Origin: Planctomycetota bacterium
Lineage (GTDB): Bacteria > Planctomycetota > SZUA-567 > H5-PLA8 > JBOHNC01
Length of the DNA: 58,786 nucleotides
Assembly (NCBI GenBank): GCA_050730415.1
Contig: JBOHNC010000328.1
Coordinates: 1-58,786 of the forward strand
Direction of reading: 5' to 3'
The position numbers were made by a program, and so were the translations under genes. The notes below the pieces were generated by a model. The model worked only from the letters and a program-made list of their open reading frames with translations, was not told where the DNA came from and did not search any database. Below are positions 48,381 to 55,348 of the stretch, piece by piece (position 1 is the first letter of the stretch; the number at the start of each line of letters is the position of its first letter).

Positions 48381-49414
48381 GCGTGCGCGGCCTCCACGCG
48401 AGCCGTGGACGCGTGCTCGGCGGCGTCGGCGGGCAGCGGCGTGAAGCTACGGCCGGTCCAGCGGATGCAGTTTCCACCGAGAACCTTGCGCAACGTCCGA
48501 TCGGGCAGGTTCAGACCGTGCAACGTTTTCGCACCGTTGGCGTAGACGCGCGGCGCGCGACCGGTGACCAGGTGAACGATGTTTTCGAACGGCCCGTCGG
48601 TTTCCAGGAACAGCCGCAGCAGTTCGGCTTTGGCGCGGCCATGCCACAGTGAATTGCGGTCGTGCAGATCGGTGCCGTACATGATGCGGTCTTCGTGGCG
48701 GATGAAGAAATCGCGCATTTTCTGCGGGTCCGCGGCGCCGTAATATAGAAACTCGTCGCCCATCGCAAGGTCGGTCAGGATGTGCGGGAAGCGTCCGAAC
48801 AGATCGGACAGCCGCTCAAGCTGCGGGCTGAGGTAAAAAAAATGTGGAAAGTTGACTCGCAGGTTGGGGTGCCGTTCGAGCACCGCGACGGCCTGGCGAA
48901 TGAATTCATCCTGCGGGTCGAGGTCTCCGTAGGTGGGGCCTTCGGCAGGGGAGCGCCACATTTCGATCGGGTCGGATACGTGCAGGGTCAGCGGCAGCCG
49001 GTCCTGTTCCGCCTTGGCAAAAAACGGTTCGAAGTAGGCATCGTCCAGCTTCAGCGGCATCCAGTGTTTGCGCAGCGCGGGTTTGCCTTCGAGCATTTTC
49101 AAACCGTCGAATCCGGCGGCGACCAGCGCGTCAATTTGCCGCGGCAGGTCGCGGCCGTCATGCGCCGCGACCTTGGCCGGATCGTGCAGCATGCAGCCGA
49201 AGATGCTGAAGTACTCGGGATATTCGTTCTTGCGATCGCGCACCCAGGTCAGTTCATCTTTTCCGCGCGCGCCGGGCACGGCCATCAGATTGGCGCCGGT
49301 GTAGTTGACCAGCTGATGGAGGGTGTAGAAATGGCGGAGCGATTCGCCGCCGTCAAAGTGAGCGTGGGCGTCCACGACGGGGCCGACTTTCCAGCGGATT
49401 TTTTCCAAGGGCAT
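48377..49414 (-). CDS. Amidohydrolase-family metal-dependent hydrolase (TIM barrel)
   Basis: ORF 48377..49708(-). Start taken at ATG 49412-49414 (MPLEKIRWKVGPVVDAHAHFDGG...). The H-x-H metal motif is at the N-terminus, and later motifs are LTLHVSDP and MYGTDLHD. An alternative ATG is at 49450. Confidence 0.8.
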   Translation of the reverse strand: MPLEKIRWKVGPVVDAHAHFDGGESLRHFYTLHQLVNYTGANLMAVPGARGKDELTWVRDRKNEYPEYFSIFGCMLHDPAKVAAHDGRDLPRQIDALVAAGFDGLKMLEGKPALRKHWMPLKLDDAYFEPFFAKAEQDRLPLTLHVSDPIEMWRSPAEGPTYGDLDPQDEFIRQAVAVLERHPNLRVNFPHFFYLSPQLERLSDLFGRFPHILTDLAMGDEFLYYGAADPQKMRDFFIRHEDRIMYGTDLHDRNSLWHGRAKAELLRLFLETDGPFENIVHLVTGRAPRVYANGAKTLHGLNLPDRTLRKVLGGNCIRWTGRSFTPLPADAAEHASTARVEAAHA

Positions 49415-49491
49415 GACGGCAACCTGCACAGGGGACCAAGTTCGGACCATTGTACTGGCAGCAGGCGCATCTGGCTTCCGTCGACGCAGGC

Positions 49492-49887
49492 TCAAGCCAA
49501 ATTCAACTGCCACGACACGCCAAAGCGGTCCGCCGTCCAGCCAAACTTCCGGCTGAAGGGATATTTGTCCAACGGCATGAAGACCTGCCCGTCGGTGGAC
49601 AGTTTCCCAAAAAGCGCCTCGATTTCCGCTTCCGATTCGCAGTTCACGAACAGCGAAATCGACGGCGTGAATGTGAACGCATGGACCGGCGGGCTGTCGA
49701 TGCAGCAAAGTTCAAGGTTGCTCAGCCGCAGACGGGCCAATTCGACCGTACCTTCCCGGTCGGCTGCGTCGGCGCCGTACTTTTTTAGCGCCAATACCTC
49801 CGACTTCGGGAAGGTGGCGACATAGAACTGGATGGCCTGTTCCGCCTGGCCGGTGAACATCAGCAGCGGAGCGATCGAAGCGGGCAT
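49492..49887 (-). CDS. VOC-family protein (PhnB/3-demethylubiquinone methyltransferase-like glyoxalase fold)
   Basis: ORF 49492..50046(-). Start taken at ATG 49885-49887 (MPASIAPLLMFTGQAEQAIQFYVATFP...FGWTADRFGVSWQLNLA). This N- and C-terminal pattern is characteristic of the PhnB-like VOC subfamily. Confidence 0.8.
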   Translation of the reverse strand: MPASIAPLLMFTGQAEQAIQFYVATFPKSEVLALKKYGADAADREGTVELARLRLSNLELCCIDSPPVHAFTFTPSISLFVNCESEAEIEALFGKLSTDGQVFMPLDKYPFSRKFGWTADRFGVSWQLNLA

Positions 49888-49963
49888 GAAAGCACTCCTT
49901 CCAGCAGGTGGGTGGTCACCGGATTGTACCGTGCCCCGCCGGCATTGTCGGCGGCCTCCGCTT

Positions 49964-50509
49964 TTACCAGGCCTTCTCGAAATAGGCAACGCCAGGCAGC
50001 GGATTGGAATAGTAGGCGGGTATTTCACGGAAACCCAGCGCGGCATAAAGTTTCATCGCCGCGGTCAGCGACCTCAGCGTGTCGAGCCGCATGCGGCGGT
50101 AGTTCAGCCGTTGAGCCTCGCGCAGAACGGCTTCGACCAATAGTCGGCCGAGGCCCATCCCGCGCGCGGCCGGCCGCACGTACAACCGTTTCATTTCACA
50201 GGTGGCCTCGGCAGACGGGCCAAGCGGGCGCAGCGCGACGCAGCCCAAGACGGCGGGCTCACCTGCGGAGTCGGACGCCGAGGCCGAGCGCGCATTTTCG
50301 TCGGGCCGATGGGCAAACGCGAGCAGCAGGGCGCCGGTGGGTGGCGTGTAGGCCCCGGGCAACCCGGCAAGTTCAGCTTCGAATTTTTGAAAGGTCAGGT
50401 CGATGCCCAGCCAGCCGGCATACTCTGCGAACAATTCGCGAGCGGCGGCGATGTGCGCGGGCGTGGTGGCGGCGACGATGGGAATCGGCGCAAATCCCTT
50501 TCCCATCAT
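49964..50509 (-). CDS. GNAT family N-acetyltransferase
   Basis: Motif A is LYVRPAARGMGLGRLLVEAVLREA and the C-terminal part reads LYAALGFREIPAY. Confidence 0.85.
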   Translation of the reverse strand: MMGKGFAPIPIVAATTPAHIAAARELFAEYAGWLGIDLTFQKFEAELAGLPGAYTPPTGALLLAFAHRPDENARSASASDSAGEPAVLGCVALRPLGPSAEATCEMKRLYVRPAARGMGLGRLLVEAVLREAQRLNYRRMRLDTLRSLTAAMKLYAALGFREIPAYYSNPLPGVAYFEKAW

Positions 50510-50539
50510 CCCGCATCCTTTTTGATTCAGCCCGGTCTT

Positions 50540-51328
50540 CTAAAACACCGCCAGGAGTTTCGCCACGTCGTCGGTGACCAGCCGCACCGTGCGGCCATCC
50601 AGGCGTTCGAGCCACGGGCGCTGGCGCCAGACTTCATCGGCATGGCGCGTGCGGTAGAAGGTCAGCCGGATGTCGAAGGGGGGCCTGAGTTTGAACGGCT
50701 TGCGTTTTCCGGCCAGCTTGACAGCCCGTTTCGCCGCGGCCCGGATTTGTTTCTGCGCCACGTTTGGATGCAGGCATTCGACGCGTTCGTTGGCGTAGGC
50801 GGTTTTCACCGCGACCGCTTCGATGCCGGGCGTGAGCGCCAGGGCTTCGGCGACCGCGGCCGCATCGCCGGTGATCAGCAGTTGCGGCACCCCGTGCGCG
50901 CCGGCCAGAATGCACTGCTGCCCGATCTCCCCATAGGCCACGCCGTTGATGGTGTATTGGAACACCGAGGCCCCCGACTGCGTGTGGTCCAGAAATGCGT
51001 TGAGCGTCCCAGCCATGGCGTGATAGCCGACCGCGAAAAATCCGTCGCAGGTTTCATCCAGCCGTCCCATCAATTCGCGGATGCCTCCGTTTTCGACGTA
51101 TATCGCCCGGTCATCCATCAGCGCGATGGGCAGGTTGTTGCCGCCGCCGTGGCTGTCGCAGACCACCACCTCGGAGGCGCCCCCGTCGAACGCGCCGGCA
51201 ATGGCGGCATTTACATCACCGGCAAAAAACGGCAGGGCGCGCTGGTACAGCGGCGAGGCACGCTCGCATTCTTCCTGCCGACGGATGCCGGAAATGCCTT
51301 CCATATCGGTCATGATGTAGATTTTCAT
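50540..51328 (-). CDS. M55 family metallopeptidase (DppA-like D-aminopeptidase)
   Basis: ORF 50540..51496(-). Start taken at ATG 51326-51328 (MKIYIMTDMEGISGI...). The MTDMEG and CDSHGGG motifs are typical of peptidase M55. Confidence 0.85.
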   Translation of the reverse strand: MKIYIMTDMEGISGIRRQEECERASPLYQRALPFFAGDVNAAIAGAFDGGASEVVVCDSHGGGNNLPIALMDDRAIYVENGGIRELMGRLDETCDGFFAVGYHAMAGTLNAFLDHTQSGASVFQYTINGVAYGEIGQQCILAGAHGVPQLLITGDAAAVAEALALTPGIEAVAVKTAYANERVECLHPNVAQKQIRAAAKRAVKLAGKRKPFKLRPPFDIRLTFYRTRHADEVWRQRPWLERLDGRTVRLVTDDVAKLLAVF

Positions 51329-51410
51329 CGGTCCGGTTGCCTCCGGGGTGCCAGGGATCGAAGGTTGAGCCGCGGTGCGCGCGTCGAAGTCCACCGATAC
51401 CGGCGGAGCA

Positions 51411-53048
51411 TCAATGCAGGATGCTTCTTCCAATCTCAAACATGCGGTCCATGATTGCCGAGCAAAACAGGACCATGCCCAGGGTGGCGGCGCCAAAAAC
51501 GTAGGTCATGACTTTCAGGTTGATCGGCACCGGCAGACTGGCGGTGTCGGTGGCGGAGCTCGGCACCGGATCGGCGATCATCACCCGCGCGATGCGGATG
51601 TAGTAGAACAGACTGATCACGCTGTTGATGCCGATGAAGGCGATCAGCAGCCAGTGCCAGGATGTTCCGCCGCCAGCGGCCGGATCGGCCAGTTGCTTGA
51701 AGATGAAAAATTTCCCGATGAATCCCGACATGGGCGGAATGCCCACCAGGCTGAACAGAAAAATACACATGGCCACGGTCATGCCGGGATCGGTTTTGAC
51801 TGCGCCGCCGAATGCAGACAGGTCGCTCGATCCGCGCTTCTGTTCAAGCGCGAGCACCACGATGAATGCGCCGAAATTCATGAACAAATAGGCGATCAGG
51901 TAGAACAGCAGCGGGCCCAGTTGCGACTGCACCTGCCCGCCTTGGAGCGTTTCCAATGGCACCGTCAACAGCGCGATCATGTAGCCGGCGTGTGCGATCG
52001 ACGAATAGGCCAGCATGCGCTTGGCGTTGGTCTGCGCCAAGGCGGTTAGGTTCCCGATCGACATCGTCAGCACTGCGGCCACGCCGGCGAGAATCTGGAT
52101 GGAGCTGAAGTCGGTAAAAATGCGCGAATCCGGCAGAATGAAAAATTCCATCAGCACCCGAATCAACACCGCAAACCCGGCCGCCTTCGGCCCCACCGAG
52201 AAAAAGCTGGTCGAAACCGTCGGGGCGCCTTCGTAGACATCTGGCGCCCAGAAGTGGAACGGCGCCATCGAAATCTTGTACGCGAAGCCGGCAAACAGCA
52301 TCAGGAACATGATCGACAGCGCCGCAATGCGGTTGATGTATTCAATGTGCGCTGCCGCATATTTGGGGTCGCTGACTGCCGGCAGATTCAGCCGCCACTG
52401 CTCCACCGTGTGCCGCAGGCTTTCGGCGATTCCGGTCAAATCCATCCGGCCGGTCAGGCCAAATAGATAGCTCATGCCGAAGATCATGATGCCCGAGGCC
52501 ATCGCGCCGTAGATGACATATTTCATGCCCGCTTCGGCCGACTTTCGGCTGCCTTGCAGGTAGCCTGCCAGCGCGTAGCTGGTCAGCGACAGGGTTTCGA
52601 TCGACAGGTAGATCATCAGCAGATTGGAGGCCGAGGTCAGCAGGTAGCCGCCGAAGCAGGCGGCGACGAGCAAATAGTAGTATTCGCCCTGGCCCCCCGG
52701 ACTGCGCTGGAGGTCCCAGGAATCCATCGCCATCACCAGCGCGATGATCGTTGCGAGCCCAATGAATATTTTGAAGAAGGTCGAAAACTGGTCCAGTTGC
52801 AGCAGACCGTTGTAGGCGTGAACATTGGTGTACACGATTCCCGCCGGCGCGACCAGCACGAACAGACTCGCCAGCACACCGAAAATACAGACCAGGGCAA
52901 CGATGTTTTTAGGCGCGTCCTTCTTTTGCATGAAATCCACGATCATGGCCACGACGAACGTTGAGGCCACGATGATTTCGGGCAGAATCCGCCCCACGTC
53001 GCTCAAATTGGTCTGCAAATACCCTTGCAGTTGCGTGTACCAGTCCAT
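51411..53048 (-). CDS. nuoN: NADH-quinone oxidoreductase subunit N
   Basis: A 545-aa polytopic antiporter-like subunit (APFHFWAPDVYEGAPT). It is the last gene in nuoJKLMN order. Confidence 0.95.
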   Translation of the reverse strand: MDWYTQLQGYLQTNLSDVGRILPEIIVASTFVVAMIVDFMQKKDAPKNIVALVCIFGVLASLFVLVAPAGIVYTNVHAYNGLLQLDQFSTFFKIFIGLATIIALVMAMDSWDLQRSPGGQGEYYYLLVAACFGGYLLTSASNLLMIYLSIETLSLTSYALAGYLQGSRKSAEAGMKYVIYGAMASGIMIFGMSYLFGLTGRMDLTGIAESLRHTVEQWRLNLPAVSDPKYAAAHIEYINRIAALSIMFLMLFAGFAYKISMAPFHFWAPDVYEGAPTVSTSFFSVGPKAAGFAVLIRVLMEFFILPDSRIFTDFSSIQILAGVAAVLTMSIGNLTALAQTNAKRMLAYSSIAHAGYMIALLTVPLETLQGGQVQSQLGPLLFYLIAYLFMNFGAFIVVLALEQKRGSSDLSAFGGAVKTDPGMTVAMCIFLFSLVGIPPMSGFIGKFFIFKQLADPAAGGGTSWHWLLIAFIGINSVISLFYYIRIARVMIADPVPSSATDTASLPVPINLKVMTYVFGAATLGMVLFCSAIMDRMFEIGRSILH

Positions 53049-53100
53049 ACTTCGCTTCCGTTTCCAACCAAGAACCGAAAAAAACGCTTCTCTCCGCAGG

Positions 53101-55293
53101 TCAGTGCATCGTCATGTACTGCGCCAGGCCGTTGGCGGCAAACACGTGATTCTGAAGTGCGGTGCAACTGGCCTGGACGAGATTGATCAAGGGCGCTGGG
53201 TAGACCCCCAGGAAAACGCACAGGAACGCCAGCGGCGCAATCTGGAAAATCTCGCGTCCATTGATGTCGCTCAGCGCGTGATGCCCGCCGGGCCCGTACT
53301 CCGGGTTCAGCGGCCCGAAGAAAACGCGCTGCAGCATCCACAGCAGGTACACCGCCGTGACCACCACGCCGAGCGCCGAAATGATCGTCAGCGTCTGGAA
53401 CGACACTGTCAGACCCCACAGCCGGTGCGCACCCGCCACGTTCCCCGCCGGCGACATGAAGGACCCCAGGAACACCGCTGCTTCGGAAATGAACCCGCTC
53501 AGGCTGGGCAGGCCCACGCTGGCGAACAGCGTCAGCATCATCAGCGCGGTGTAGCGCGGCATTACCTTGGCAATGCCGCCGAATCCGTTGATCCGGCGGT
53601 GGTGCGCGCGGTCGTAGACCACGCCGACCAGCATGAACATCATCGCGGTGGCGGTGCCGTGGTTGAACATCTGCATCACACAGCCCGACAGGCTGTAGCT
53701 GGTGATCGCCGCCAACCCCAGCATGCAGTAGCCCATGTGCGAGACCGACGAATAGGCCACCAGCTTTTTCATGTCTTTCTGCGCCATCGCGCAGAAGGCG
53801 CCATACAGAATGTTGATGACCCCCAATATCCCGACCGGCACCGCGAAATACAGCGCCGCCGTCGGGAACAGCGAATAGTTCATGCGCAGCATGCCGTAGA
53901 TGCCCATCTTCAGCAGGATGCCGGCCAGAATCACCGAAATGGCCGTTGGGGCCTCGACGTGAGCCCAGGGCAACCACGTGTGGAAAGGCCAGACCGGCAC
54001 TTTGATCGCGAAGCCGATGAAGAAGAACAGGAACATCAGGTTCGCGAAGGAAATGGCGCCGTGGATCGGCAGGTTGAATCGGCCGGTGAACAGGCGAAAG
54101 CGCGCTTTCAGGTCCATCAGATTGAGGGTGCGCTGGAGCGAGAAGATTTGGCCGTCGGCGTCGGGCGCCTGGGAGGCCGCATACAAAAGCCGCAGCGGCG
54201 AGGTGGCCGGGTTGTCTGCATTCTGCGTGTTCGGCTGTTCAGCCTCGCCCAGCCGCACCAGCTCGCCGATCCGGAAACGCCACCCGCTCAGGTCCCCCCG
54301 CCACAGATCGGCAATCGACAGCGGCTGTGCCGTCGCCGGCGCGAGGCCCGAGGTGGCCGACGCGGTCGGCGCACCCCCAACAGGCGGGTTCAGCGGCAGT
54401 TGCATGCGGGAAACAAGCACCTGCCGGCGCGCGGGATCCTGCGGATTGGCCGGCGCCAGTTCATATTGCACCCGCCAGCGGTGCTCGACGCCGTCGTCGG
54501 TTTCGCTCAGCGTTTCAAACGGAGTCGATGCAAAGGCGGTCGCGTCGCCGGCGCGGATGTAGACCAGCCGGTCGGCCGGATTGACGGCGTTGGCGCGTTC
54601 GACCGCAAAGGCCTGCGCCGTCGCTTCCTGCACCGCGTCGGCGGGCAATTGCCCCGTGGTCCCGGGCACAAAATAGCCGCCGTCGGAGTAATACCACAGC
54701 GCCAGCATGCCGACCAGGATCAGCACCGATCCAGCCATGGTGTACAGGAAAAATTTGATCGCCGCATACATGCGGTTGGGGCCGCCCCAGACGCCGATCA
54801 GGAAATACATCGGCAGCAGCATCATTTCCCAGAAAAGGAAAAACAGAAAGAAATCCAGCGCGCAGAAAACCCCGTTCATTCCCGTCAGCAGCAACAGCAG
54901 CAGCGCATAGTAGCCCCGCTCGCCCACCTGGATGGTCTTGTAGTGCACGAAGCTGGACAGAAAACCAACCAGGCCGGAGAGGAAAATCATCGCCATCGAC
55001 AGCCCGTCGATGCCCATGCTGTAGTCCACTCGGAACGTGCCGATTGCAAACCACTCGTGGTGTTCGTAGAACTGGATGTCGGCGGAGTGAATATTAAAGC
55101 GCGACCAGATCAGCACCGCCGCCGCCAGCGGAATCGCCGCGAAGACGTTGGCCACGTACTTCATCTTCGATTCGCTGCCTTTCGGCATGAAAAGAATGAT
55201 CAGCAACCCAATCACGGGCGCGAAGGTGAAAAGGGTCAGCAGGCCGCCGCCGCTGTTGCCTTGAAATGCCCAACCGGGAATTGCACCGGCCAT
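53101..55293 (-). CDS. nuoM: NADH-quinone oxidoreductase subunit M (enlarged by a roughly 200-aa hydrophilic insertion)
   Basis: Antiporter-like motifs are present (VPVWPFHTWLPWAHVEAPTA, AQKDMKKLVAYSSVSHMG). ORF 53101..55320 begins with TTG. I prefer the ATG at 55291-55293, which has AAGGGA upstream. Confidence 0.93.
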   Translation of the reverse strand: MAGAIPGWAFQGNSGGGLLTLFTFAPVIGLLIILFMPKGSESKMKYVANVFAAIPLAAAVLIWSRFNIHSADIQFYEHHEWFAIGTFRVDYSMGIDGLSMAMIFLSGLVGFLSSFVHYKTIQVGERGYYALLLLLLTGMNGVFCALDFFLFFLFWEMMLLPMYFLIGVWGGPNRMYAAIKFFLYTMAGSVLILVGMLALWYYSDGGYFVPGTTGQLPADAVQEATAQAFAVERANAVNPADRLVYIRAGDATAFASTPFETLSETDDGVEHRWRVQYELAPANPQDPARRQVLVSRMQLPLNPPVGGAPTASATSGLAPATAQPLSIADLWRGDLSGWRFRIGELVRLGEAEQPNTQNADNPATSPLRLLYAASQAPDADGQIFSLQRTLNLMDLKARFRLFTGRFNLPIHGAISFANLMFLFFFIGFAIKVPVWPFHTWLPWAHVEAPTAISVILAGILLKMGIYGMLRMNYSLFPTAALYFAVPVGILGVINILYGAFCAMAQKDMKKLVAYSSVSHMGYCMLGLAAITSYSLSGCVMQMFNHGTATAMMFMLVGVVYDRAHHRRINGFGGIAKVMPRYTALMMLTLFASVGLPSLSGFISEAAVFLGSFMSPAGNVAGAHRLWGLTVSFQTLTIISALGVVVTAVYLLWMLQRVFFGPLNPEYGPGGHHALSDINGREIFQIAPLAFLCVFLGVYPAPLINLVQASCTALQNHVFAANGLAQYMTMH

Positions 55294-55348
55294 ATCCGAC
55301 GTCCCTTTCCGCCTCGCCAACCGGCGCCGTCGCCGCCCCGGGAACTTC

